Shown piece by piece: positions 1 to 9,575 of a stretch of DNA of 64,000 nt (positions within the stretch are counted from its first letter, which is position 1; the number at the start of each line of letters is the position of its first letter). The notes under the pieces were generated by a model that worked only from the letters and a program-made list of their open reading frames with translations, was not told the origin of the DNA and did not search any database. The DNA comes from Eubacteriales bacterium (GTDB lineage: Bacteria; Bacillota; Clostridia; Oscillospirales; QAKW01): NCBI GenBank assembly GCA_045596965.1, contig JAZODI010000029.1, forward strand, positions 20,779 through 84,778, written 5' to 3'. The position numbers and the translations under genes were made by a program.

Positions 1-38
1 CTTTGCCGCAGGCTTGCTGGCCTTTCAGATGAAAGATC

Positions 39-614
39 ATGAATAAAATACCCATTGATCCCATCGTTATTGTTGAAGGTAAATACGATAAAATTGCCTT
101 GGATAATATCATTGATGCAACCATCATGACCTGCGAAGGTTTTGGGATATTTAAAAACGAGGAGCAACGGGCGATTTTGCGAAATTTGGCGCGGGAACGC
201 GGTGCAATTATTCTAACGGATTCTGATCGTGCAGGCGCTGCGATTCGTTCACATCTCCAGACGATATTGCAAGGGGTAACGGTATATACATTATATATAC
301 CGCCCATTTTAGGGAAGGAAAAAAGAAAAACCACCCCATCTAAAGAAGGTCTTTTAGGGGTGGAAGGTATGGCCGGAGACGTTTTGCGCAATCTGTTTGC
401 TGAATTTAAGGCTGAGCCGATCGGCAACGAAATCAAGCCGATCGATCTTTATGAACTGGGGCTGACAGGTCAAGCGGGTTGCAAAGATAAGAAACTACGG
501 TTATTGCGTTCACTAATGCTTCCGTCTCATTTATCAAATAATGCTTTGCTGAAAGAATTAAATCGAAAATTTACTAAAGAATCCTTTGCTGATTATGTGT
601 TAAAGTTAAAATAA
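39..614 (+). CDS. Toprim-domain protein, ribonuclease M5 (RnmV)-like / DUF4093 family
   Basis: 191-aa ORF. 'IVIVEGKYDKIAL' and 'IILTDSDRAG' fit the Toprim E...DxD signature of RNase M5-type proteins. Hairpin terminator directly downstream. Confidence 0.7.
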   Translation: MNKIPIDPIVIVEGKYDKIALDNIIDATIMTCEGFGIFKNEEQRAILRNLARERGAIILTDSDRAGAAIRSHLQTILQGVTVYTLYIPPILGKEKRKTTPSKEGLLGVEGMAGDVLRNLFAEFKAEPIGNEIKPIDLYELGLTGQAGCKDKKLRLLRSLMLPSHLSNNALLKELNRKFTKESFADYVLKLK

Positions 615-645
615 AAAGGTGCTTCCGATTGGAAGCACCTTTTAA
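613..645. terminator. bidirectional rho-independent terminator between the convergent Toprim gene and rpsR
   Basis: Perfect stem 'aaaaggtgcttcc'/'ggaagcacctttt' with a 4-nt loop, flanked by an A-run and a T-run. Confidence 0.8.
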
Positions 646-652
646 AATTCAA

Positions 653-895
653 TTAGTCGCTTACATAGGGCAGCAGAGCAATAACACGGGCGCGCTTGAT
701 TGCGACAGTCAGCTGACGCTGATGCTTTGCGCAGGTACCGGTTACGCGGCGGGGAAGGATCTTTGCACGCTCGGAGATATACTTTCTGAGCTTGCCAATA
801 TCCTTATAATCGATTTCAGTTACTTTATCCACGCAAAAAGCACAAACCTTACGTCTGGGCTTTCTGTTGGGTCTGTAATTCTTTTCTCTTTCCAC
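653..895 (-). CDS. rpsR: 30S ribosomal protein S18
   Basis: 80 aa. '[19 protein letters not shown]...[24 protein letters not shown]' is the canonical S18 sequence. Sits in rpsF-ssb-rpsR synteny. Confidence 0.95.
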   Translation of the reverse strand: MEREKNYRPNRKPRRKVCAFCVDKVTEIDYKDIGKLRKYISERAKILPRRVTGTCAKHQRQLTVAIKRARVIALLPYVSD

Positions 896-916
896 AGCTA
901 AATCCTCCTTTACAGA

Positions 917-1339
917 TTAGAAGGGCAATTCATCATCTTGGACTTCTTCGAACTCAACGGTGTTGCCGCCGGTAACGGGCGGAGCCTTGAACTCGGGAGC
1001 TACAGGACGAGAAGAGTCCTTTTTGGATTCTACAAAGTGCGCCTCATCGGCAACAACCTCAAAAGCAGTTCTTTTTGCACCGGTCTTATCCTCGTAGGTA
1101 CGGGATTGCAGGGAACCGACCAAAGCGATCAGATTGCCCTTTTCAAAGTATCTGCAGATAAAATCAGCAGTATTGCGCCATGCCACGCAGTTGATAAAAT
1201 CGGTCGGATAATTTCCGTCCGGACCCTTATACTGCCGCTGAACAGCAACAGAAAAGGAAACGACCGAAACATCGGAAGAAGTTTTTCTCAGCTCGGGATT
1301 GGCGGTCAGGCGACCGGTTAAAATAACTTTGTTTAACAT
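917..1339 (-). CDS. ssb: single-stranded DNA-binding protein
   Basis: 140 aa. 'MLNKVILTGRLTANPELR' OB-fold N-terminus and acidic C-terminal tip 'DDELPF'. Lies between rpsF and rpsR. Confidence 0.95.
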   Translation of the reverse strand: MLNKVILTGRLTANPELRKTSSDVSVVSFSVAVQRQYKGPDGNYPTDFINCVAWRNTADFICRYFEKGNLIALVGSLQSRTYEDKTGAKRTAFEVVADEAHFVESKKDSSRPVAPEFKAPPVTGGNTVEFEEVQDDELPF

Positions 1340-1353
1340 AGCAGAATCCTTCC

Positions 1354-1653
1354 TTACTTTTCTTCTTTGTTCACAACGATGGAACGAAGAATGCCGTCAG
1401 TAATGCCGTAAATTCTCTCGAGCTCGGCAGGGAAGGCAACGGGTGCTTCAAAATTGATCAGCACATAATGACCTTCATTGACGAAGTCGATGGGATAGGC
1501 AAGCTTTTTGACGCCCCAGTCTTCAACAGATTCAACAGAACCGTGCTTTTCGATCAAGCCCTTGAACTTTTCAACAAGCGCAGTGAACTCCTCTTCTGTT
1601 AAATTCGGCCGGGTGATGAAAATAGTTTCATACTTGCGATTTCCTTCAGCCAT
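1354..1653 (-). CDS. rpsF: 30S ribosomal protein S6
   Basis: 99 aa. 'RKYETIFITRPNLTEEE...WGVKKLAYPI' is typical S6. Confidence 0.95.
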   Translation of the reverse strand: MAEGNRKYETIFITRPNLTEEEFTALVEKFKGLIEKHGSVESVEDWGVKKLAYPIDFVNEGHYVLINFEAPVAFPAELERIYGITDGILRSIVVNKEEK

Positions 1654-1821
1654 GATTTACACCTCCTTATGGACTTTTGGCTCATTCAATGATGAGCAAG
1701 GACCTAATAATTATACTATAAATATATTATTTGTCAAGAGTTTAATTTTTAAATCAGGCTTTATTTTTATGGAAAATGTGTTATAATGACTATATCACTA
1801 AAGATAGGGGGTTGAATTTCA

Positions 1822-3789
1822 TTGAATTATTTTGATTTAATTTCCAAATACAAGCCGACCGGCGATCAGCCCCAAGCCATTGAATGTTTGAGCAAAGGCT
1901 TTCGGGAGGGAAAGAAGGAGCAGGTTTTGCTTGGTGTTACCGGGTCCGGAAAAACCTTCACAATGGCTAATGTTATTGCTCAAATCAATAAACCAACATT
2001 GGTTCTCGCTCATAATAAAACGTTGGCTGCACAGCTTTGTTCTGAATTGCGTGAATTTTTTCCCAACAATGCGGTGGAATATTTTGTTTCCTACTACGAT
2101 TACTATCAGCCTGAGGCGTATATTCCGTCCTCGGACACCTATATTGAAAAAGACAGTTCCATCAACGATGAGATCGATAAACTGCGCCATAGCGCTACTT
2201 TTTCTCTTTTAGAACGCAAGGATACTATCGTCGTTTCCTCCGTTTCCTGTATTTACGGTTTGGGGGATCCTGAAGAATATAAAAATCTTGTTTTATCCCT
2301 TCGGCCGGGTATGGTTAAGGATCGGGATGAGGTGATTGAGCATCTTATCGGCGTGCAGTATGAGCGCAACGACTTTGATTTTACCCGTAATAAATTTCGT
2401 GTTCGAGGAGATGTTTTGGAAATTTTTCCGCCTTCATCCAGCGATACGGTTATCCGAGTCGAATTTTTTGGCGATGAAATCGATCGCATCTCGGAAATTG
2501 ATCATCTGACCGGCGAGTTTAAAAGGGATCTGACCCATGTTGCGATTTATCCTGCCTCGCACTATGTTGTCGGTGAAGAAAAGCGGGAAAGCGCGTTAAA
2601 AGAAATTGAGCGCGAACTTAAGGATCGAATTGCCTATTTTACCGAAAACGGCAAGCTTTTAGAGGCGCAACGGATCGAACAGCGCACGCGCTATGATCTG
2701 GAGATGCTTCGGGAAATCGGATTCTGCAACGGCATTGAGAATTATTCCCGTATTTTAAGCGGACGAGCTCCCGGAAGCCCACCGGCCACTTTGCTGGATT
2801 TTTTTGGAGATGACTTTCTTCTGATTGTTGATGAATCACACGTCACTCTACCGCAGGTGCGGGGGATGTATGGCGGGGATCGTTCCCGCAAGGAAATGCT
2901 GGTGGAATATGGATTCCGCCTGCCCTCTGCTTTCGATAACCGCCCCTTGAATTTTCAGGAATTTACCAATCGATTGGATAAAATCCTCTATGTCAGCGCA
3001 ACGCCCGCTGCTTATGAATTGGAACGAAGTGAGCAGGTTGCAGAGCAGATTATTCGTCCAACAGGTTTGCTGGATCCCGAAATTTCCGTTCGTCCTGTGG
3101 AAGGGCAGATGGATGATTTGTTGCAGGAGATCCACCTGTGCGTAGAACAGCATTCCCGCGTCCTTATTACCACCTTAACAAAACGAATGGCTGAGGATTT
3201 AACGGAATATTTGGAAGGCATGGGTGTAAAGGTTAAATACTTGCACCACGATGTTAAGACGGTTGAGCGAATGGAAATCGTACGCGACCTTCGTCGAGGG
3301 GTATTTGACGTTCTTGTTGGCATCAATCTGCTTAGAGAAGGACTTGATATTCCCGAGGTTTCCCTGGTTGCCATTCTGGACGCAGACAAAGAGGGCTTTT
3401 TGCGTAGCGAGACCTCGTTGATCCAGACGATCGGTCGCGCTGCCCGTAATGCGAATGGGCGGGTTATTATGTATGCCGATCAAGTTACCGCCTCTATGGA
3501 AAATGCGATCCGGGAGACCGAACGCAGACGGACCATACAAGCGGAGTATAACACTAAGCATAATATAACCCCTCAATCCATTGAAAAAGAAATCCATGAG
3601 GTATTAGAGATCGGTGCATTGCCCAGCACTCCTTCCAGACGCAAGCTTAAACTTTCGATGGATGAGAAGCAACGCATGATCAAAGATCTTGAAAAGCAAA
3701 TGCAGGAAGCGGCACGGATGCTGGAATTCGAATATGCAGCCATGCTTCGCGATAAAATTGCCTCTTTAAAAGGAGATTCGAATGAATAG
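1822..3789 (+). CDS. uvrB: excinuclease ABC subunit B
   Basis: 655 aa. Walker A 'GVTGSGKTF', helicase motifs, C-terminal UVR domain '[15 protein letters not shown]'. TTG start. Confidence 0.97.
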   Translation: MNYFDLISKYKPTGDQPQAIECLSKGFREGKKEQVLLGVTGSGKTFTMANVIAQINKPTLVLAHNKTLAAQLCSELREFFPNNAVEYFVSYYDYYQPEAYIPSSDTYIEKDSSINDEIDKLRHSATFSLLERKDTIVVSSVSCIYGLGDPEEYKNLVLSLRPGMVKDRDEVIEHLIGVQYERNDFDFTRNKFRVRGDVLEIFPPSSSDTVIRVEFFGDEIDRISEIDHLTGEFKRDLTHVAIYPASHYVVGEEKRESALKEIERELKDRIAYFTENGKLLEAQRIEQRTRYDLEMLREIGFCNGIENYSRILSGRAPGSPPATLLDFFGDDFLLIVDESHVTLPQVRGMYGGDRSRKEMLVEYGFRLPSAFDNRPLNFQEFTNRLDKILYVSATPAAYELERSEQVAEQIIRPTGLLDPEISVRPVEGQMDDLLQEIHLCVEQHSRVLITTLTKRMAEDLTEYLEGMGVKVKYLHHDVKTVERMEIVRDLRRGVFDVLVGINLLREGLDIPEVSLVAILDADKEGFLRSETSLIQTIGRAARNANGRVIMYADQVTASMENAIRETERRRTIQAEYNTKHNITPQSIEKEIHEVLEIGALPSTPSRRKLKLSMDEKQRMIKDLEKQMQEAARMLEFEYAAMLRDKIASLKGDSNE

Positions 3790-6610
3790 AGAATTCATTA
3801 CAATTAAAGGAGCCAAAGAGAATAATCTTAAAAACATTGACCTCAAGATCCCAAGAGATAAATTGATTGTTTTCACAGGCCTTTCCGGTTCCGGCAAGAC
3901 TTCTTTGGCTTTTGATACGATCTATGCCGAAGGACGCAGAAGGTATGTGGAGAGTTTATCCTCTTATGCCAGAATGTTTCTGGGGCAGATGAATAAACCG
4001 GATGTAGACAACATCTCGGGCTTATCACCTGCTATTTCCATCGATCAAAAGACCACCTCTAAGAATCCTCGCTCCACCGTTGGCACAGTAACAGAGATCT
4101 ACGATTACCTGCGCCTGCTTTTTGCACGTATCGGTAAGCCTCATTGCCCCGTTTGCGGGCGTGAGATCACCCAACAAACGGTGGATCAGATCGTGGATCA
4201 GGTCTGCGCCCTTCCCGAAAGAACCCGTCTGACCGTTCTTGCTCCGGTGGTGCGTGCCAGAAAAGGCGAGCATCAAAAACTTTTGGAAGATGCGAAGCGC
4301 AGCGGCTTTGTTCGCGTTCGTGTGGATGGAAATCTTTATGATCTTTCCGAAGAGATCAAATTAGAGAAAAATATTAAGCATAGTATCGAAATCGTTGTGG
4401 ATCGCTTAATTATGAAGGAGGGGATCCAACAACGCTTAACCGATTCCATTGAAACAGCTCTTCATCAGGCGGATGGATTGGTTATTATTGCGCCCGAAGG
4501 GGAGGAAGAGATCCTCTTTTCTCAGGATTTCACCTGCCCGGAGCATGGATTTTCTATGGAAGAGCTTTCACCCAGAATGTTTTCCTTCAATAACCCCTTC
4601 GGCGCTTGTCCCGAGTGTGACGGGTTGGGACTTTTGATGAAGGTGGATCCTTCTTTGGTCGTACCCGATCCTAAACTTGCGGTTAACCAAGGGGCAATTC
4701 GGGCAAGCGGATGGTATCTCTCTGGTTCGGATAACATTGCCAGGATGTATTTTCGGGCTTTGAGCGAAAAATATAACTTTTCGCTTGATACCCCCTTTGA
4801 AGAGCTGACCAAAAAGCAACAAAATATTCTTCTCTATGGAAATGATGGAGAAAAACTGGAAATGCAACGAAACTCTTCCTTTGGATCGGTTGCCTATAGC
4901 AGTTCGTTTGAGGGTGTGATCCCCAACCTTGAGCGGCGGTTTAAAGAAACGAACAGTGACTTTATCCGCCGCGAAATCGAATATGTTATGAGCGATTGTC
5001 CGTGCATGTCATGCGAAGGGAAGCGTTTAAAGAAAGATATCTTAGGCGTAATGGTCGGGGATAAAAATATTGCCGAAATTACCGACCTCTCCATTACCGC
5101 CGCCATTGATTTTTTTCAAAATATTTCTCTATCCGAGAAAGAACAGTTAATTGGCCGTCGCGTTTTAAAAGAAATCATCGAACGGCTTACGTTTTTAAGC
5201 AGTGTGGGTCTGGAATATCTGACACTTTCGCGAAGTGCGGGGACTTTATCCGGCGGGGAAAGTCAAAGAATCCGCCTGGCAACGCAGATTGGCTCCTCTC
5301 TTATGGGAGTTCTTTATATTTTGGATGAGCCCTCCATCGGCTTGCATCAACGGGATAACGATAAATTGATCGCCACATTGCAGCGTTTGCGGGATCTGGG
5401 AAATACGCTGATCGTTGTTGAACATGATGAAGACACTATGCGGGCGGCCGATCATATTGTTGATATTGGGCCCGGTGCAGGTATCCACGGGGGAGAGGTT
5501 ATCTTTAACGGCACACCCGAGGAACTGATGAAATGCGAAGATTCTTTGACCGGTCAATATCTCAGCGGCAGGAAGAAGATTGAAATTCCTGCTGAACGCC
5601 GCAAAGGAAACGGCAAAGTTCTTGAAATTATCGGAGCAGAGGAAAATAACCTAAAAAAGGTGGGGGTTCAGATTCCCCTTGGAACCTTTACTTGTGTAAC
5701 CGGGGTATCCGGTTCGGGTAAATCCTCTTTGGTCAATTCCGTTCTATATAAGTCCTTGGCCCATGAATTAAACGGCGCAAAAACTTTCCCGGGCAAAGTT
5801 GAAGAAATCAAAGGGATGGAATATCTTGATAAGGTGATTGATATCGATCAATCGCCGATTGGAAGAACACCGCGTTCTAATCCCGCCACCTATACCTCGG
5901 TTTTTACCGATATTCGCGATTTGTTTGCATCCACCAACGGTGCAAAGGCGAGAGGATATAGTTCCAGCCGGTTTTCCTTTAATGTTCGCGGCGGTCGTTG
6001 CGAAGCTTGCCAGGGTGACGGTATTATCAAGATAGAGATGCATTTTCTGCCCGACGTTTATATTCCCTGCGAGGTTTGCAAGGGGAAGCGGTATAATCGG
6101 GAAACACTGGAGGTTAAGTATAAAGATAAGTCTATCTCTGATGTTTTGGATATGACGGTAGAGGAAGGGCTTTATTTCTTTGAAAATCATCCTAAAATAC
6201 GACGCAAGCTCCAGACACTTTATGATGTTGGGCTCTCCTATATTAAGATCGGCCAACCCTCCACAACCCTTTCGGGAGGCGAGGCTCAGCGTGTGAAATT
6301 GGCCACAGAACTTTCCAAGCGTTCAACGGGTCAAACGATTTATATCCTTGATGAACCCACCACCGGACTTCATACAGCGGATGTTCAAATGCTGATCACT
6401 GTTTTGCAACGGTTAGTAGACGGCGGCAACACAGTTGTTGTTATCGAACACAATCTGGATATTATTAAAACTGCCGATTATATTATTGATCTCGGTCCGG
6501 AAGGTGGAGATCGGGGTGGAACAGTCCTTGTTACGGGAACACCGGAAGCGGTGGCCAAATGCCCGGAGAGTTATACAGGGGCATATCTTAAGAAGTATGG
6601 TGTAAAGTAA
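3782..6610 (+). CDS. uvrA: excinuclease ABC subunit A
   Basis: 942 aa. Two ABC modules ('GLSGSGKTS', 'GVSGSGKSS', two LSGGE signatures) and Zn-finger Cys pairs. Overlaps the uvrB stop. Confidence 0.97.
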   Translation: MNREFITIKGAKENNLKNIDLKIPRDKLIVFTGLSGSGKTSLAFDTIYAEGRRRYVESLSSYARMFLGQMNKPDVDNISGLSPAISIDQKTTSKNPRSTVGTVTEIYDYLRLLFARIGKPHCPVCGREITQQTVDQIVDQVCALPERTRLTVLAPVVRARKGEHQKLLEDAKRSGFVRVRVDGNLYDLSEEIKLEKNIKHSIEIVVDRLIMKEGIQQRLTDSIETALHQADGLVIIAPEGEEEILFSQDFTCPEHGFSMEELSPRMFSFNNPFGACPECDGLGLLMKVDPSLVVPDPKLAVNQGAIRASGWYLSGSDNIARMYFRALSEKYNFSLDTPFEELTKKQQNILLYGNDGEKLEMQRNSSFGSVAYSSSFEGVIPNLERRFKETNSDFIRREIEYVMSDCPCMSCEGKRLKKDILGVMVGDKNIAEITDLSITAAIDFFQNISLSEKEQLIGRRVLKEIIERLTFLSSVGLEYLTLSRSAGTLSGGESQRIRLATQIGSSLMGVLYILDEPSIGLHQRDNDKLIATLQRLRDLGNTLIVVEHDEDTMRAADHIVDIGPGAGIHGGEVIFNGTPEELMKCEDSLTGQYLSGRKKIEIPAERRKGNGKVLEIIGAEENNLKKVGVQIPLGTFTCVTGVSGSGKSSLVNSVLYKSLAHELNGAKTFPGKVEEIKGMEYLDKVIDIDQSPIGRTPRSNPATYTSVFTDIRDLFASTNGAKARGYSSSRFSFNVRGGRCEACQGDGIIKIEMHFLPDVYIPCEVCKGKRYNRETLEVKYKDKSISDVLDMTVEEGLYFFENHPKIRRKLQTLYDVGLSYIKIGQPSTTLSGGEAQRVKLATELSKRSTGQTIYILDEPTTGLHTADVQMLITVLQRLVDGGNTVVVIEHNLDIIKTADYIIDLGPEGGDRGGTVLVTGTPEAVAKCPESYTGAYLKKYGVK

Positions 6611-6623
6611 AAAGGCATTACAG

Positions 6624-6664
6624 AAAACAAACGGTGCAAAAACTGCATCGTTTGTTTTTTTGTT
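6624..6664 (+). terminator. rho-independent terminator after uvrA
   Basis: Stem 'aaacaaacg'/'cgtttgttt' followed by a T-run. Confidence 0.7.
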
Positions 6665-6720
6665 TATAGACGACTAAAAAAACAGATAAACGCATAGATT
6701 TTAAGCAAAGAGGTGGTGAA

Positions 6721-7161
6721 ATGGCATATTCAGATCGCGAACTTTTAGCGCGCCTGATCCAATGTGAGGCCGGAGGAGAGGGAGACATTGGAATGAAGGC
6801 GGTAGCCAGTGTTATTATGAACCGTGTAAATTATCCGGTTGGAGAATATGCAAGAGTTGGGCAGAGGAATATTCAAAATATTATTCTTCAGCCCGGGCAA
6901 TTTGCTTGTGCAAGCACAGTTGAGAATGGGCAATATAATCCGCAGAACATCTATAATATGAATCCAACGGGCGAGCATTTTGCAATCGCAGATTGGGCCA
7001 TTGCAGGAAATCGGCTGCCCGGCTTGGGAGATGCGCTTTGGTTTTATAATCCCTTCAATCCTAATTGCAGGCAGACTTTTCCATCGGATGTTGGTTACTA
7101 TATTGGACGTTATCAAGAACATTGTTTTTATGATCCTACGGATCTTTATGAATTTACTTAA
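6721..7161 (+). CDS. spore cortex cell-wall hydrolase, CwlJ/SleB catalytic-domain family
   Basis: 146 aa. 'LLARLIQCEAGGEGDIGMKAVASVIMNRV' is the SleB/CwlJ hydrolase_2 signature. The size and the adjacent gerQ-like gene fit CwlJ. Confidence 0.8.
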   Translation: MAYSDRELLARLIQCEAGGEGDIGMKAVASVIMNRVNYPVGEYARVGQRNIQNIILQPGQFACASTVENGQYNPQNIYNMNPTGEHFAIADWAIAGNRLPGLGDALWFYNPFNPNCRQTFPSDVGYYIGRYQEHCFYDPTDLYEFT

Positions 7162-7174
7162 ATGAGGTGTTATT

Positions 7175-7501
7175 ATGTCTGATTTAAATGGAAACGCAAG
7201 CTATTTTCGTCCCTCAGAGGATTCCAATCAAGAGTATAGCCAATCTCCGGCATATCCCGGCTCCTGGCAGCAAGTTCTTCGAAATAATGAGGGGCAATAC
7301 TGTGTCATCGATTTCTTGATAGGAACGGATAATTTGGTTCAACGAGAAGGGGTTCTTTATGATGTTGGTGTAAGTTTTGTTGTTTTATTTGAGCCCCGCA
7401 CCGGCAATTATATTGTTTGCGATCTTTATTCCATTAAGTTTGTAACGTTTGTCGGTTCCGGCGTTTTGCCGACAAGTAAAAGCAACAAGAGAAGGGTATA
7501 G
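7175..7501 (+). CDS. gerQ: spore coat protein GerQ-like
   Basis: 108 aa. The C-terminal pattern 'LRNNEGQ..IDF....REGVLYDVGVSFVVLFEPRTGNYIVCDLYSIKFVTF' resembles the conserved GerQ domain. Sits directly after the cwlJ-like gene. Confidence 0.6.
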   Translation: MSDLNGNASYFRPSEDSNQEYSQSPAYPGSWQQVLRNNEGQYCVIDFLIGTDNLVQREGVLYDVGVSFVVLFEPRTGNYIVCDLYSIKFVTFVGSGVLPTSKSNKRRV

Positions 7502-7508
7502 TAAAAAA

Positions 7509-7535
7509 GGCGATGCGTATTTGCATCGCCTTTTT
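7509..7535 (+). terminator. rho-independent terminator after gerQ
   Basis: Stem 'ggcgatgc'/'gcatcgcc' plus 'ttttt'. Confidence 0.8.
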
Positions 7536-7565
7536 GCATAATTTATGTATAATTTTCTCAATTTG

Positions 7566-7593
7566 TTGACAAATATTTAATTTGTGATATTAT
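7566..7593 (+). promoter_or_regulatory. sigma-A type promoter upstream of yicC
   Basis: TTGACA (7566-7571), 16-nt spacer, TATTAT. Confidence 0.45.
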
Positions 7594-7623
7594 TATATAA
7601 TAAAATAATAGTGAGGTAGTATC

Positions 7624-8508
7624 ATGTCCGTAAAAAGTATGACCGGTTTTGGACGAGGAACCGGTAGTTTCGGTGGCTTGGATTTTACAATCGATATTAA
7701 ATCGGTTAATCACCGCTTTTTTGATTTTTCTGCACGCATTTATAAAGACTACGCTTTCCTGGAAGAGCCCATTAAAAAGAGAATCGGGGAATCGGTATCG
7801 CGGGGTAAGGTTGATGTATATTTCCATACCGAGAAAAGCGCAGAGGATGTTGAATTAACCGCAAAATTGGATCAAAACTTAGTCCGCGCTTATTTGGATG
7901 CCGCAAAAGAGTTAGAGTCGGAATTTGGTGTGCGTAACGATCTTGCCGCCGCTCGTATTCTTACCTTGCCCGATGTTTTGGCCATTACCCAGCCCGAAGT
8001 TTCCGATGAAGATGTTAAAACGGCTGTTTTGACTGCCTTGGACGAAGCTCTTGCTTCTTTTTTGGAGATGCGGGAGATTGAAGGCTCAAGGCTGAAGGGG
8101 GATCTTTTGGATAACCTTCTTTTTATCGAAAAAGCGGTGGAGAATGTGGAAAAACTTGCTCCCGAATCGGTTTCTGCCTATAAGGCGCGGTTGGAAGAAA
8201 AAATCAAGGAGACCCTTGCTGATCGAAACGTTGATGATTCTCGTCTTCTGACAGAGGTTGCCATCTTTGCTGATAAGGTGGCGGTTGATGAAGAAACGGT
8301 GCGCCTTGCGAGCCACATTTCTCAATTCCGCGGTCTTTTGAATCAGGGTGGCCCGATCGGTAAGAAGCTGGATTTTCTGGTTCAGGAAATGAACCGAGAG
8401 ATCAATACGATCGGTTCTAAGTGCAACAGTATTGAAATAACAAAAATCGTTGTTGATGTCAAATCCTGCATTGAAAAAATTCGGGAGCAGATTCAAAACG
8501 TAGAATAA
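7624..8508 (+). CDS. yicC: YicC family stress-induced protein (RNA endoribonuclease YloC-like)
   Basis: 294 aa. 'SMTGFGRG' N-terminus and C-terminal 'EMNREINTIGSK' are typical of YicC/YloC. Sits in yicC-remA-gmk-rpoZ synteny. Confidence 0.85.
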   Translation: MSVKSMTGFGRGTGSFGGLDFTIDIKSVNHRFFDFSARIYKDYAFLEEPIKKRIGESVSRGKVDVYFHTEKSAEDVELTAKLDQNLVRAYLDAAKELESEFGVRNDLAAARILTLPDVLAITQPEVSDEDVKTAVLTALDEALASFLEMREIEGSRLKGDLLDNLLFIEKAVENVEKLAPESVSAYKARLEEKIKETLADRNVDDSRLLTEVAIFADKVAVDEETVRLASHISQFRGLLNQGGPIGKKLDFLVQEMNREINTIGSKCNSIEITKIVVDVKSCIEKIREQIQNVE

Positions 8509-8520
8509 AGGAGTTTTTTC

Positions 8521-8787
8521 ATGAAACTGATCAACATTGGTTTTGGCAACATGATCAATTCATCGCGGATCATTGCGATCGTCAGCCCCGATAGCGCACC
8601 GATCAAACGTGTTGTTACCGAAGCAAAGGATCGCAGCGTTTTAGTAGACGCAACCTACGGCCGCAGAACAAGAGCCGTTATTATTACCGATAGTGAGCAT
8701 GTTATTTTATCGCCTCTGCAACCGGAAACGGTGGCAAATCGTTTGAATGACAGCTACGATGAAGAGGATGATGAAGATGATGAATAA
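8521..8787 (+). CDS. remA: RemA/DUF370 family regulator
   Basis: 88 aa. '[27 protein letters not shown]...[16 protein letters not shown]' is the RemA signature, followed by an acidic tail. Confidence 0.85.
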   Translation: MKLINIGFGNMINSSRIIAIVSPDSAPIKRVVTEAKDRSVLVDATYGRRTRAVIITDSEHVILSPLQPETVANRLNDSYDEEDDEDDE

Positions 8788-9331
8788 AGGCAAACTGATT
8801 ATTATTTCCGGCCCCAGCGGAGCCGGGAAGGGGACGGTTTTGGCGGAACTCCTGCGCAGAATACCGCAGCTGAAGGTTTCCGTTTCGGCAACCACTCGCG
8901 CACCGCGCCCCGGTGAGGAGCATGGGGTTCATTACTACTTTATTACCCATAAAGAGTTTGAAGAAAAGATCAAACGCGGCGATATGCTGGAATATGCCAC
9001 CTATTGCGATAATTACTATGGAACTCCTGCAGATTATGTTGAAGAGCAGCGTCTTAAGGGCAACGATATCGTATTGGAGATCGAGCCTTGCGGCGCGCGT
9101 CAGGTGAAGAAAAAATGCCCTGATGCTATGATGATCTTCATTTTACCGCCCAACATTGAAGTTTTAGAAGCGCGTCTTCGGGGGCGGGGGACTGAAAGCT
9201 CCCCGGTTGTTGCCGCTCGCATTGAGCAGGCAAAAAAAGAAATTGCAAATTCCGGCGATTATGAGTATACAGTTGTCAATGATACTGTTGAAAGAGCGGC
9301 CGATGAAATTGAAAAAATTATCAATCAATAA
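8780..9331 (+). CDS. gmk: guanylate kinase
   Basis: P-loop '[11 protein letters not shown]' and GMP-binding motifs. The ORF opens at 8747, but the ATG at 8780 ('MNKGKLIII') overlapping the remA stop is the likelier start. Confidence 0.92.
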   Translation: MNKGKLIIISGPSGAGKGTVLAELLRRIPQLKVSVSATTRAPRPGEEHGVHYYFITHKEFEEKIKRGDMLEYATYCDNYYGTPADYVEEQRLKGNDIVLEIEPCGARQVKKKCPDAMMIFILPPNIEVLEARLRGRGTESSPVVAARIEQAKKEIANSGDYEYTVVNDTVERAADEIEKIINQ

Positions 9332-9346
9332 AGGAGATTTTGAAAA

Positions 9347-9574
9347 ATGTTGTATCCCGCAGTAGCTGAACTTGAAAAGGTAACCCAGAGCCGATATGCG
9401 CTGGTTATCATGACCGCAAAGCGTGCTCGCCAGATTTCGGAACACGCTGAGTCCAATCAGATCGATCTGAGCGACAAACCTGTTAAACTGGCTATTACTG
9501 ATATTGCAAACGGTAAAGTCAACATTAAGACGGATATCGATAGCATGGTTGCATTCAACGAAAGCGAAGAATAA
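9347..9574 (+). CDS. rpoZ: DNA-directed RNA polymerase subunit omega
   Basis: 75 aa. 'SRYALVIMTAKRARQI' is the omega motif. Sits directly after gmk. Confidence 0.85.
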   Translation: MLYPAVAELEKVTQSRYALVIMTAKRARQISEHAESNQIDLSDKPVKLAITDIANGKVNIKTDIDSMVAFNESEE

Positions 9575-9575
9575 A

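Noticed and set aside
1-42. 3' end of an upstream gene (frame ending at TGA 40-42, overlapping the ATG at 39)
   Set aside because: Only 13 codons are visible, so it cannot be identified or supported.
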